From assembly GCA_951406725.2 (NCBI GenBank), contig OX597836.1, forward strand, positions 42,656,001 through 42,720,000: a DNA stretch of 64,000 bases, in the 5' to 3' direction. Each line of letters opens with the position of its first letter. The first letter of the stretch is position 1. The position numbers and the translations under genes are program-made. The DNA comes from Octopus vulgaris (Eukaryota). Below are positions 1 to 13,112 of this stretch, piece after piece. Below the pieces are notes generated by a model, which made no database searches, was not told where the DNA came from, and saw only the letters and a program-made list of their open reading frames with translations.

Positions 1-341
1 GAGGCAGTACTGTACTGTATATATTTGATTTATTATTTTTATAATTTGTGTAAATCCAAAACAACACCACGGGGGAATCGACGTAAGCTTCAATAAAAAG
101 CCGCGATAAGTGAATCGCGATATGGCAAGGGATTACTGTACATACACAACGGACTTCCACACAGTTTCCGCCTATCAAATTTACTTACAAGGCATTGGTC
201 AGTCCGGGGTTAAAATAGCCATAAAGACACATAGTGGAATAGAACCCGAAACCATGTGGTGGCTGCAAACCAAGCCTCTTAACCACACAGCCAACTCTAC
301 TTATTGATAATAAAAGTTTGTTGATTAAATATCGGAAAATA

Positions 342-841
342 AGGAGACGTCGATGTTTCCTAGGGCTAAATGGCGGTGGTGTAATTCTCTTACGGGACTG
401 TCACATTGAGTTAACGGTATACGACCCCTATATCGCTCTACCACCACTTATGTCTCTTTGAGACATTTAGAAATTCAATATTTCTAATTTCGGTGATCAG
501 TAAATAAATTTTACTGAAAATATGATATATTTGCAGAGAGTTTGCAGTCATCTCAGCGACCGAGGCAGACTACCCTGGACTGACGACAAGCAATAGACTC
601 AGAAACATATGTCTTCAGGTGCCTTGTCTCAGCTTGCGGGGGTGATTGCTTCCCCTTTGCAAATACAAGGACACAGAAAATGTGTCAAAGCCGACAGGAG
701 ACGTCGATGTTTCCTAGGGCTAAATGGCGGTGGTGTAATTCCCTTACGGGACTGTCACATTGAGTTGACAGTATACGACCACTATATCGCTCCACCACCG
801 CTTATGTCTCTCTGAGACATTTAGAAATTCAATATTTCTAA
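342..841 (+). repeat. 146-bp direct repeats (342-487, 696-841) flanking a degenerate hammerhead motif; Penelope pLTR/retrozyme-like
   Basis: Near-identical repeats with a 354-bp period. CCTGGA CTGACGA ... GAAAC ATAT GTC TTCAGG lies at 574-619. A related fragment sits near 49106-49175. Confidence 0.55.
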
Positions 842-1461
842 CAAATATGGCATAGTCAGAGAATTAAGTTGCACCCATTTCTTTCTGATGTCCACATACA
901 ATGTCTAAGTCTCACCACCATACTTCTTCACATGTTATGCATATATTTCCAGCAGTCAGCCCTATACATCACCATCCTCATCGTTTAACATTTGTCTTCT
1001 CTGCATGCATGGGTGGGATGGCTGACAGGGGCCGGCTACTGTGTCTGTTTTGGCAGGACAGAGTTTTTATGACTGGCTGTCCTTCCTAATACCAACCACT
1101 CTGCAGGGTCGACTGAGTGCTTTTCATGTGGCACCAGTACATGCAAGGTCAGTTTTGGCATAGTTTTTACAGCTGAATGCCCTTCCAAATTCCAACCCTT
1201 TACAGTGTGGACTGGATGCTTTTTATGTGGCACCAGCACTGGCAAGGTAACCAAGTAACTTGCAGGACAAGGAATTTTGAAATAAACACCATTTATTACT
1301 GACACAGAAATAACTATTTAAAAATCTATAGCACTTCTTTCTCAATATATTGATGTGGTTGATTTCTCAGAGAGGTTGCCCTCCCTGTAACATACAGGGA
1401 CTTGTTTCACCTGTACAACTCATTTGTATTGTTTACATAATTTCCATTTTTCTTTCAATAG

Positions 1462-1605
1462 ATGGTGCACAAATGGAGCGAGCATTGCATTTTTATAATG
1501 CTTCCCTTGTTGAAAGACTAAAAGTTGTGACTGTAAACCCCAAGAAATCTGTGATAGCATACTGCAATGTAGCAAATGTCCTGTCTCAAAATTGTGGGAA
1601 GCACC
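1462..1605 (+). CDS. Gene A exon ([21 protein letters not shown]...CGKH)
   Basis: ttctttcaatag acceptor, gtacgt donor, homologous to 63091-63234. Confidence 0.88.
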
Positions 1606-3791
1606 GTACGTATACATTTTTAAGAAAAATGTAAGAAAAATCTGAAATTGACTAAACTGTTACCTGGGTGTTTCTCACTTGTTTTTTTTCCATTTTATTT
1701 GGGTTTTTTCCAGACATGGCCTTGAAACTTTTGTTCAATGCAGAGAAGATCCAAAAAAATAACGGCTGGCTCCATATAAACACTGGTTTGGTGCTCATTC
1801 ACATTGCACAAATATATTTGAGAATGTAAGTACTTTTGGATCTTTTCGGTTTGAACGGCAGTTTTTTTCTAGCGGTGTCATATGAAATTGTCACCCATAA
1901 TTATGACCCTAGTATCGATCTATTGCACTTCAATCTGTTTTAGGGTTAGGGTTGGTTAGGGTTTGGAAGGGAGGGTATCTTTTTTTCTTCACAAATGTAA
2001 ATAAACCCAATCTGTTTCTTAAACGAGGGACATATTCATACGGCACAGAATGTTTTTTTTTTACCTCAATAAACGTCATTGATTTGTTGAAATAGAAGAA
2101 ATTGAAGAAAAAAAAAACAACAAATATCTTACAAGCTATAGAATTTTCTCAAGAAAGCCAAGAGAAAAAGATGTTTTATAAACACATTCTACCAGTATAC
2201 GAAGTTTAAAAGTGTTTAGTTACATGGAAATTATTTTAAAAAACTGCCGTTCAAACCGAAAAGATCCGTACTTTTTCTTATTTGACCATTCACATTGGTC
2301 AAGTTTTATTTGAAAATGTAAAGGGATTAGTGTTAGGATTAGTATTAGGAAAAGCTGTAGAAACCAAACCAAAACTGACTTTGGTGCTTGATGCAGCTTA
2401 CTGGATCCTTTCAGACTCTCCAATTGATGCCAGCATGGAAGGTGGTCACATGACACCCCAAAAATAAGCTGGAGATGGGATACTGAGGAAGAGGTAAAAA
2501 TACTGGGATTCAACTATAGATGTGAAGGTGCATGGCTCAGTGGTTAGAGCGACGAGCTTACGATAGTGAGGTTGTGAGTTCGAATCCCAGACCGGGCTGT
2601 GTTGTGTTCTTGAGCAAGACACTTTATTTCACTTTGCTCCAGTTCACTCAGCTGTAGAAATGAGTTGCGACGTCTCCGGTGCCAAGCTGTATCGGCCCTT
2701 TTACCTTTCCCTTGGATAACACTGGTGGCATGGAGAGGGGAGGCCGGTATGCATGGGTGACTGCTGGTCTTCCATAAACAACCTTGCCCAGACTTGTGCC
2801 TGGGAGGGTAACTTTCTAGGTTCAATCCCATGGTCATTCATGACTGAAGGGGCTTTCTGATTTTAGCTGTGAAAAATAGCTAGGCCATGAGTTCAATTCC
2901 AGACAGTGCATTGTATTCTTGAGCAAGACACTTTATTTCACATTGCTCCAGTCCACTCATCATCATCATTTAACGTCCGCTTTCCATGCTAACATAGGTT
3001 GGACGATTTGACTGAGGTCTGGCAAACCAGATGGCTGCACCAGGCTTCAATCTTGATCTGGCAGAGTTTCTACAGCTGGATGCCCTTCCTAACACCAACC
3101 ACTCCAAGAGTGTAGTGGGTGGTTTTTACATGCCACCAGCACAGGACCAGTCAGGTGGCACTGGTAACAACTTTGCACGAATCTTTTACACATGCCACCG
3201 GCACAGGTCCCAGTAAGGCAATGCTGGTAATGATCACGCAAAAATAAGTTGCACCTGTAATTCAAAGAGCCATCTTTGTCACACTCTGTGTCATGCTGAA
3301 TCTTCCCTAGAACAATGTTAAGAGTAAATGTGACTGTGGAGTATTCAACCATTTGCACATTAAATTCTCACAAGCAGGCTGTTCTGTTGATTGGATAAAC
3401 TTGCACTCTCAACACTGTAACCAACTGAGTGCAATTAATTAATTAATTAAATCATTAATATTCTATATATATATAAACAAGCTTCTCCATCAGTTCAAAT
3501 ATATCTGGGACATATTTGAGCTATAAAAAAAGACCATTTTCAGTACAGTTTTTGTTATGGAGAAAAAAATATGTTAGCTTTAGATAAAAGGTTTAAACAT
3601 GGTCACGTGTGAGCAATGAGAGAGTAAAGGAGAAAGTGGGGGAGAGAGAGAGACAAAAAGGAATTAGAGAAAGGCTGAGAGAGAATAGGGGGAGAAAACA
3701 ATATAGTGTAGAGTTGCATCAAAAAGATTAAGATAAACTTGGAAATGAATTTATGGCGTTCAATTAAATAATAATATAAATAATGTATATA

Positions 3792-3847
<56 letters not shown>

Positions 3848-4410
3848 TAGTTAATCCAAACAAGAAAGCACAAAAAAACACAACAACGCGAGGACGTGGA
3901 ACAAATATAGTATTATTGGACGCTCAGGAAAGAAGGAGTGTTTAACGTTTCGAGCAGAGCTCTTCGTCGGAAACATAGGAGAAGGAAAGATCCAGAGAAG
4001 GGAAGACAGAGGGAAAAAAAAAATCGCCAACGGTACACACGAGGTCACATTTTGAAAATATATATATATATATATGATTGCATATATGGGTACAGGACGT
4101 CACCAACAGTAAACAACATGAAATATGAAAACAATGAGAGAAACAAATGGAAAACAGAACAGTGTCTGTCTGTTTGTCCCCTCTGCCATCACCTGACAAC
4201 CGAGATCCTGATGTGTTTATGTCCCTGTAAGTTAGTGTTTCGGCAAAAGCGATTGATAGAATAAGTACTAAGCTTACAAAGAATAAGTCCTGGGGTCAAC
4301 TTCTTCGGCTAAACCCCTTAAGGGAGTGCTCTAGCATGGCCACAGTCAAATGACGGAAACAAATAAAAGAATATAGATAAAAAAAGGAAATACTTAAACA
4401 TGTATATATA

Positions 4411-4491
<81 letters not shown>

Positions 4492-4789
4492 ATATATATA
4501 TATATATTATTTATATTATTATTTGATTGAACGCCATGCATCCATTTCCAAGTAAGTTTATCTTAATCTTTATAGGTGCAGGAGCGGCTGAGTGGTAAGT
4601 AGCTTGATTATGAACCACATGGTTCTGGGTTCAGTCCCACTGCATGGCACCTTAGGCAAGTGTCTTCTACTACAGCCTTGTAGTAAAAGAGTACCATACA
4701 AACAAAACAATATGTGATCCTTTCAATGATAACTAAAGAGGATTTAGTAACATTCTATGTACACCCTCTTATTTTGTTAACATTCTGTG

Positions 4790-4831
<42 letters not shown>

Positions 4832-6885
4832 CACACACACACATATATATTAGAAAAAATAAGGTACTCAGAAATATCCTATATCTCTCTCCACCCCTAC
4901 ACACTCAATAATCCTATAAAAAGAGATGAATCCCCTCAAAAATTTCAAATCTGAAGAATCTACTAGAGTAGATGCAAGCACTTATTTATGATTTATAAAA
5001 ATATTTGACATATTAATAAAAATCTGTAAATGTACAACCATCCAGATTTCTGAGTACCTTATTTTTTCTAATATATAATACTTGTACATCACCTCCAAAC
5101 CTTCTAATATATCATCATCATCATCATCATCGTTTAGCGTCCGTTTTCCATGCTAGCATGGGTTGGACGGTTCTACTGGAGTCTGTGAAGCCAGAAGGCT
5201 TCATCAGGCCCAGTCAAATCTGGCAGTGTTTCTACGGCTGGATGCCCTTCCTAATGCCAACCACTCCGTGAGTGTAGTGGGTGCTTTTTACGTGCCACCC
5301 GCACAGGTGCCAGACAGAGCTGGCAAACGGCCACAAACAGATGGTGCTTTTTATGTGCCACCGGCACGGGGGCGGCATTCCATTGATTACAATGACAAGT
5401 GTTCCAGTTGAACTGATCGGCGGAACAGCCTACCCATGGAATTAGCATGTAAGTGGCTGAGCACTCCACAGACAAGTGTACCCTTAATGTAGCTCTCAGA
5501 GATATCCAGCATGTCATAGAATATGACAAGGCTGACCCTTTGAATTACAGGTGCTTCTTTGGATTGGAGCAAAATGGAAAAAAAAAAAAGGGTTTTGCTC
5601 AAGCATGCAACACACTTCCAGGAATTGAACTCACAACCTTATAGCCGTGAGCCCCAAAGCCCTAACCACTAAGCCACATGTCTTATATCAGTACTTTCAT
5701 CGCCCTTTTATCTCACCACTACTACTACCACCATCATCATCATCACCCCTAACACCACCACCCACCACCACCACCACCACCACCACCATCATCATTATCA
5801 TTATCACTATCACCAATTCCACAATCACCACCAGCACCATCACCCCTACCACCACCACTACCACCATCATCATTGTCACTATCACCATTGCCACAATCAC
5901 CACCAGCACCATCACCCCTACCACCACCACTACCACCATCATCATTGTCACTATCACCATTACCACAATCACCACCAGCAACCATCACCACTGCCTCTTC
6001 TGACTGAATTTCGCCACGGAAACACCCCCTACCATCTTCTTATTTCCAGGTGTGAAATCTCCGACTGTCTGACAACATTGCACGAGGCTTTGGCCATCTA
6101 CGACCACATAGACCCAAACTACATCGGAAAGATCAAGGTCCTGCAACTGATTGCTCACTGCTATCTGCTGAAAGAGGAATTTGACAATGCCAAGAAGTAT
6201 TTCAAGAGCATATCGGAAGTTAACAGTGACAATTTTTTGAGCAGCGTGTCAGAGGTTGAAGTCTTCTCAATGGCTTTTGAACACCTGGTTTATCTCAGTT
6301 TGGAAGATCCACAGGTATGAGTAATTAATAGCTTGTTGCTAATGTCATTGATAGAGATTAATTAGTTTGATGAAAAATAGGATTGATTGAAATATAAATG
6401 GTACTTGAACATATAGGCGCAGGAGTGGCTGTGTGGTAAGTAGCTTGTTTACTAACCACATGGTCCCGGGTTCAGTCCCACTGCGTGGCACCTTGGGCAA
6501 GTGTCTTCTACTATAGCCCCAGGCCGACCAAAGCCTTGTGAGTGGATTTGGTAGACGGAAACTGAAAGAAGCCCGTCGTATATATGTATATATATATATG
6601 TATGTGTGTGTGTCTGTGTTTGTCCCCCTAGCATTGCTCGACAACTGATGCTGGTGTGTTTATGTCCCCGTTACTAAGCGGTTCGGCAAAAGAGACCGAT
6701 AGAATAAGTACTGGGCTTACAAAGAATAAGTGCCGGGGTCGAGTTGCTCGACTAAAGGCGGTGCTCCAGCATGGCCGCAGTCAAATGACTGAAACAAGTA
6801 AAAGAGTAAAAGAGTAGATGGATGATTGATACAAAGGTGGGTAGATGGACATATATGTGTGTGTGAGTGTGTGTGTGTGGTGTGT

Positions 6886-6944
<59 letters not shown>

Positions 6945-9900
6945 CAACTTATAAACAAGGGCAAAAGAAAAAAATTCCAATGTCAAATATGCTGTTAATA
7001 GACTTAAATCGTCAATAACCATATAATTCATCACTATAAGCATGCATCTGGAAGAACACCGACAGAAATTGCTAACAAATTCCGTTATTATCGAATCAGC
7101 CCCGATTTCTGAGTTAATTCATTTAGAATTTTCTTGTCATCAGTGATAAATACGATAAGAAAATAAACGAGATACTTAATTGCACCCATGGAAGATGACA
7201 AGAAAATTCTAAATGAATTAACTTTGAAATTGGGACCAATCCGATAATAACGAATTTTTTAGAAATTTCTATCGGCTTATTTAAGACGCGTACTTATAGT
7301 GATAAATTATATGGTTATTGACGATTAAGTCTATATTTTGGCATATTTGGCATTGGAATTTTTTTTCTTTTGCCCTTGTATATAAGTTGTTTATAAAATT
7401 TAACCTTTAAAGGTATTTTTTTAATATGCTGGCCATTGATAACATTTTTTTCGAAAGTGGCTGTGTGGTAAGTAGCTTGTTTACCAACCACATGGTTCCG
7501 GGTTCAGTCCCACTGCGTGGCACCTTGGGCAAGTGTCTTCTACTATAGCCTCGGGCCGACCAAAGCCTTGTGAGTGGATTTGGTAGACGGAAACTGAAAG
7601 AAGCCTGTCGTATATATGTATATGTATATATGCGTGTGTGTGTTTGTGTGTCTGTGTTTGTCCCCCTAGCATTGCTTGACAACCGATGCTGGTGTGTTTA
7701 TGTCCCCGTTACTTAGCGGTTCGGCAAAAGAGACCGATAGAATAAGTACTGGGCTTACAAAAAAGAGTAAGTCCCAGGGTTGAGTTGCTCAATTAAAGGC
7801 GGTGCTCCAGCATGGCCGCAGTCAAATGGCTGAAACAAGTAAAAGAGTATATTAGATGTATATATATATATATATATATTGGTTTCAAATTCTGGTTCAA
7901 GGCCAGCAATTTTTGGAAAGTCAATTACTTTGACCCCAGTGCGCAAGACGTAGCAGGAGCCCCAACCAGTATGACCAATGTGGGTCAAAGGCAGGGTGAA
8001 AAAGAATGACACTGCCTTCACTGGACACTGGTCACGTGGTAGGGTAGAAGAAGTATATATAGAGAAAAAGAATAGGATAGAGAGAGAGAGGAGGAAGGGG
8101 CAATCATCAGTAAATCATAAATCTCAAAGGGAAGTAGAGTAATTAGTTAAAGAGTAGCAGAGTAATTAGATAAATATGGTTATGGCTGGTCTGTGGAGTT
8201 TCCCTGGGTTTCATGTCCACAAAGTGCTTAGCTTTACGGTGTTTCTTCAAACCCTAATGACTGGTGGTCTGTAATCTCTCTGCAAAGTGGAGGGAGAAGA
8301 GACCTCATTATATATTTCTTTACTACCCACAAAGGGCTAAACACAGAGGGGACAAACAAGGACAGACAAAGAGATTAAGTCGATTACATCGACCCCAGTG
8401 CGTAACTGGTACTTAATTTATCGACCCCGAAAGGATGAAAGGCAAAGTTAACCTCGGCGGAATTTGAACTCGAAACGTAATGACAGACGAAATACGGCTA
8501 TGCATTTTGCCCAGCGTGCTAACGTTTCTGCCAGCTCACCGCCATAATATGAAAGAATATGGCCAGTATGGGGCACGAAAGTGACCTCATTATAGGCCAC
8601 CAACCATTAGGGTCTGAAGATATACCATATCTTTATCCAATATATATGTATATAAAATAAATAATAATGAAATTATTGTATACAGTGCTCAGGTGCACCA
8701 CAACTTGTCAGACAGTGCGTATAAAGTATGTGCAATAATGTACAAATGCTGGGAAAGCGAACAGTGTATGAGTCAGATACATGCTTGCGTGTGTATGGAG
8801 GGGAGAAAATCAGATGTAGTGTTGGCGAATCTCAGGAATAATAATAATAATAATGAAATTATTGTATACAGTGCTCAGGTACACCACAACTTGTCAAAAG
8901 TGCGTATAAAGTATATGCAGTAATGTACAAATGTCTGGAAAGCGAACAGTGTATGAGTCAGATACATGCTTGCGTGTGTATGGAGGGGAGAAAGTCAGGT
9001 GTAGTGTTGGCGAATCTCAGGAATCATGGAAGTTTTGAAGGATGCAGTACTCCAACAACTAATAACCGATGCCAGCAGTTTGTTCCATGCTTCAGCAACT
9101 CTTAGCGTGGAAAAATGTTTCCGAAAGTCATGGGAGCTGTGCTGTTTTCTGACTTTGTAAACATGTCGACGGGTGTTATAATAATAATAATTATGAAATT
9201 ATTGTATACAGCGCTCAGGTGCACCACAACTTGTCAAAAGTGCATATAAAGCATATGCAGTAATGTACAAATGTCTGGAAAGCGAACAGTGTATGAGTCA
9301 GATACATGCTTGCGTGTGTATGGAGGGGAGAAAATCGGGTTTAGTGTTGGCGAATCTCAGGAAACATGGAAGTTTTGAAGGATACAGTGCTCCGACAACT
9401 AATAACCGATGCCAGCAGTTTGTTCCATGCTTCAGCAACTCTTAGCATGAAAAAATGTTTCCGAAAATCATGGGAGCTGTGCTGTTTTCTGACTTTGTAA
9501 ACATTTCCACAGGTGTTAGATGGAGTTTGGAATGGTGCTCAGAGTTATAGTTTGTAAGATGGTTAATATATGTTTAAGTACCTGGTTTCTGTGATGTTTA
9601 AGTGACTCAGATCACAACATACCTTTTGAATGGGACATCAGTCCATTGCAGGGTTATACTTTTACAGCCACATGGACTGAGTCAACTTGGAATGAAATGT
9701 TAGACATAGCCTTGCGATTGTGAGTGGAACACCTTGACCACTAAGCCATATGTCTTAGCGCATGCACACACTGTTTAATTCTTAATTTCTTTCTTTTTTT
9801 ATTTCTAGAACCAGCTGATTCATATCGAGAATATTTTGAACCATCTAAGACAACTACATAAACGAAGTGTAAATGAGAAACAGAAGCTACGATATTTCAA

Positions 9901-10129
9901 TGCTATTGGCAAGTACCACTCCTTGAAAATACTCCTGGTAGATAGACTCAACCAAAATGAAGAACGGGCTGGACTCCTCATGGACTCAGTCCCAGTTCTT
10001 TGTAATTATTGTAAGACCTTCAGGCAGTATTTTAATTGCACTCAAGAGAATTATATTCATAAACTCTGTGGACTAAGATCTAATTTATTTGAAGTCGAAT
10101 TTCAACAACAATTAAAGATTGTAGAATAA
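1462..10129 (+). CDS. Gene A (5'-truncated by window): C-terminal TPR-like part of a paralog of the gene B STAND NTPase-TPR protein; exons 1462-1605, 1714-1825, 6050-6314, 9809-10129
   Basis: All junctions are GT-AG with polypyrimidine tracts and matching phases (1,2,0). The frame is open to TAA at 10127-10129. Exon 1462-1605 has the same 144-nt length and phases as gene B exon 63091-63234, with 25/47 identical aa. TPR-like helices are present ([27 protein letters not shown]). Confidence 0.85.
1714..1825 (+). CDS. Gene A exon ([36 protein letters not shown])
   Basis: ttttttccag acceptor, gtaagt donor, phase 1 in and phase 2 out; not shown in the ORF track. Confidence 0.85.
1838..2267. mobile_element. 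MITE, GGATCTTTTCGG TIRs, 8-bp TSD (Merlin-like)
   Basis: TIR GGATCTTTTCGGTTTGAACGGCAG; TSD GTACTTTT on both sides; internal TTAGGG repeats. Confidence 0.85.
2527..2855 (+). mobile_element. tRNA-headed SINE (family 3)
   Basis: TGGCTCAGTGG A box, GTTCGAATCC B box, TTGAGCAAGACAC core. Relatives at about 11890-12190, 45392-45770, 56955-57250. Confidence 0.75.
3939..3975 (-). ncRNA. Minimal Penelope-type hammerhead-like motif (U4C core variant)
   Basis: TGTTT CCGACGA A GAGC tct GCTC GAAAC GTT AAACA; decayed relatives near 26505, 26765 and 61570. Confidence 0.55.
4947..4987 (+). ncRNA. Minimal hammerhead-like motif (GCAA variant) inside palindrome 4846-5076
   Basis: AAAT CTGAAGA ATCTAC taga GTAGAT GCAAG ca CTT ATTT. 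Confidence 0.45.
6050..6314 (+). CDS. Gene A exon ([22 protein letters not shown]...LEDPQ)
   Basis: tatttccag acceptor, gtatga donor, phase 2 in and phase 0 out; TPR-like. Confidence 0.88.
6416..6815 (+). mobile_element. tRNA-derived SINE family 1 (about 390 bp, internal (TA)/(TG)n)
   Basis: GGCGCAGGAGTGGCTGTGTGG head, GGTTCAGTCC B box, AGTAAAAG tail. Further copies at about 7457-7849, 14965-15373(-), 16205-16568(-), 16823-17226, 26980-27390(-), 28692-29127(-), 43926-44215, 49305-49710(-), 49805-50423, 58625-59035(-), 59531-59946. Confidence 0.85.
6943..7390. repeat. Long imperfect palindrome next to a TA microsatellite
   Basis: About 200-bp inverted arms (6943-7141 / 7194-7390); decayed CTGATGA..GAAA motif on - strand. 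Confidence 0.8.
8657..9570 (-). mobile_element. Three tandem 3' ends of a CR1-like LINE
   Basis: Repeated units with (ATT)n tails; minus-strand translation [27 protein letters not shown].....FK. Confidence 0.75.
9809..10129 (+). CDS. Gene A terminal exon ([15 protein letters not shown]...LKIVE*)
   Basis: Strong polypyrimidine-ag acceptor, phase 0, open to TAA; AATAAA overlaps the stop codon. Confidence 0.82.
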   Translation, partial: NQLIHIENILNHLRQLHKRSVNEKQKLRYFNAIGKYHSLKILLVDRLNQNEERAGLLMDSVPVLCNYCKTFRQYFNCTQENYIHKLCGLRSNLFEVEFQQQLKIVE

Positions 10130-10344
10130 AAGAAGGTCTGTGATTTGACATTTTTGGTATGGTTGACTACATAAGAGCAGGGGTCAACTAGGAAACCTTG
10201 ACCTGCTAGAAATGGTAGGTAAATCTCCCTTGCACAAATAATGTTCTACGTCATTCAACGCTTAACGGAGACTCTGGAAAATGTAGTTTTAGATAAACTA
10301 TCTTTTACATGTTTCGGTCATTAGATTTTGGCCATGCTTGGACC

Positions 10345-10966
10345 AGTATTCCGTTTGCGATATGCTTTTGGAATGGAATTGAAAGCATGCCTTTTCTGAA
10401 ACAACTTATGCCTGGAGATGAAAAATGGATTGTGTATGAAAATGTAGGATGAAAAGATTCCAAAATACCAACCAAAGACGAACATCCGTGCCAAAAAAGC
10501 TATGCTTTATGTTTGGTGGGATCATAAAGGCATTATTTATTATGAGCCTCACCCACAAAACCAAATCATTAATTCTGATGTGTACTGTCATCAGCCGGCT
10601 AATTTGAACCAATAATATCAAAGAACTGAGGCCAGAGATTGCCAGTAGGACAGGGATAGTGTTCCAGTAAAACTTTGGTTGACCATGTGTGTGTCTTTGG
10701 TTACCTGAACAAAGTTACGTGAACTTGGCTGGGATCTCTTACACCCTCCACCATACTCTCCTGATATTGTGCCATCCGACTACCACTTGCTTTTGTCTCT
10801 GCAGAACTCATTGCAAGGAAAAACATTTAACAATTGAGACGGAGTCAGAATGCACCTAGAAAACTTTGAGTCTTCAAGACCAGTCAGATTTTATGCTGAT
10901 GGAATATTTAGAATGCCTGATAATTGGGCAAAGGTCATTAATAATAATGGTAATTATTTCATTGAC
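10345..10966 (+). pseudogene. Mariner (DD34D) transposase relic
   Basis: GDEKWIVY, HPPPYSPDIVPSDYHL, WAKVINNNGNY; stops and frameshifts. Confidence 0.88.
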
Positions 10967-10972
10967 AATGTA

Positions 10973-11055
<83 letters not shown>

Positions 11056-11322
11056 TGAAAGAATGGAGTCGAACGAAGATGTTAACAAAATTCCTTTACT
11101 CTCGACATATGTTTCGAAGACACTCATTAACACTCGCACACCTGCACATCTCCATACATACAGCAAACATACTGTCCCCTACCTATTTTTACTTCCTCCT
11201 TCTAACCATTTTTGACGTCAATGCTTATAACGGATTTTTTTAAAAATACACTCATTATCGCTGTGATCACCATGTAGGCAATCATCAAAATTTTTGTTCG
11301 TCTTGTGGTTGAGAGAGGCTCC

Positions 11323-11411
11323 TTATCTTTCCTGATGAGAAGATTGCATAATGCACCCTTTATTCCTTCGGAATAAAAACATGCTGTCTTCGAAACATAT
11401 GTCGAGAGTAA
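11323..11411 (+). ncRNA. Type I hammerhead ribozyme motif (intact core)
   Basis: CTTTC-CTGATGA(11332)-GAAGATTGCAT...ATGCTGTCTTC-GAAAC(11392)-ATAT-GTC-GAGAG; stems I, II and III all pair. Confidence 0.75.
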
Positions 11412-11618
11412 AGGAATTTTGTTAACATCTTCGTTCGACTCCATTCTTTCATTTATTCATATACAACACACAGATTTCTACACAAGAACCCAGAGTTTCT
11501 ACCCTTGACAGGTCGCTTCAACCGTGTTTTCTGACGTGAATTTGCTACCCAGGTTTCGGTTAAATGAATTTTCCATGCTGACGATAAACATAGGATAATT
11601 CATTCACCTACTTAAATA

Positions 11619-11730
<112 letters not shown>

Positions 11731-11736
11731 CATACA

Positions 11737-11807
<71 letters not shown>

Positions 11808-12307
11808 ATCACAAATAAATAAATAATTTTCTTATGAGCTTCTTGAGTTTACCGCTGTTTCTACTGTATGATGCAATTAATGGACAGTGGAGGCACATGG
11901 CCTAGTGGTTAGAGCAGCGAACCCGCGGTCGAGGGATCACAGGTTCGAATCTCAGTCCGGGCGATGTGTGTGTTTATGAGTGAAACACCTAAGCTCCACG
12001 TGTCTACGGCAGAAGGTAATGGCGAACTTCTGCTGACTCTTTCGACACAACTTTTTCTCACTCTTTCCTCCTGCATCTTGCAGCTCACCTGCGACGGACC
12101 GGTGTCCCGTCCAGGTGGGGAACCTATACACCGAGGAAACCGGGAAACCGGCCCTTAGGAGCCAGGCATGGATCGAGAATGAAGGAACATTAATTGACTT
12201 GTACTTGAGTGCCCGAATAACACTTTATGGCCCCATCGGCGCCTTGAATATGAAGTGCAATTTATTTGGGTAAGAATTACATTTCTCCCTATATAAGGAA
12301 TGGCATG

Positions 12308-12358
<51 letters not shown>

Positions 12359-12769
12359 TACACACATGAATGTAAATTTAATGTTTATTGAGTATTAAAT
12401 GAAATGACTAAGTGAAAATAACCAATTTGCTATTAATAAGGTATATTAATTTGCTATTAATAAGGTATATATATGGATGAAGCTGTTCTTTCAGGAGGTT
12501 TACTCATCCTCTAATCCATCATCATCATCATCATCATCATATGTCCGTTTTCCATGCTAGCATGGGTTGGACGGTTTGACCGGGGTCTGGGAAGCCATGA
12601 GGCTGCACCAGTCTCCAGTCTGATCTGGCAGTGTTTCTACAGCTGGATGCCCTTCCTAGCGCCAACCACTCCGTGAGTGTAGTGGTTGCTTTTTACGTGC
12701 CACCGGCATATGTGCCAAGCGAGGCTGGCAACGGCCACGATCAGTTGGTGCTAGTAATAAATATATATG

Positions 12770-12804
<35 letters not shown>

Positions 12805-13112
12805 CACACACACACAGAAGCAATGACCAGTGACCGAGACCTTTGGAGATATGCTGTGCTTGTGAAGCCCTGTCAAGCCATGTGAAATTATAGTCATGAC
12901 TGATGTCACTTAACTGGTGCTCATGCAGGTAGCAACAGAGGTACAGAGCACTGTTAGAGCATTGGGCTCCCAGAGGCAAAGTGGCTGAGTTTTAAAGAAA
13001 TTCATTCCCCCAATATACTAGGTATTGAACCAGCATTTCTTTGGATGAGACTACATTGTGCTTGAGAAGAAGACCCATCAAGCTGAGCAAAACCACAGTT
13101 GTAGTAGATGCC

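Noticed and set aside
354-468. H/ACA snoRNA or TRIM LTR interpretation of the 146-bp repeat
   Set aside because: The duplication extends beyond the TG...CA/ACA limits on both sides; no H box, PBS or PPT seen
537-618. Possible upstream exon of gene A (ttgcag...caggt)
   Set aside because: Length, phase and sequence do not match the paralogous gene B exon 61398-61508; the segment overlaps a hammerhead-like repeat
11890-11962. tRNA gene candidates (also 2527, 45392, 56955, 60929)
   Set aside because: No proper acceptor stem or terminator, and they continue into repeat bodies, so they are SINE heads
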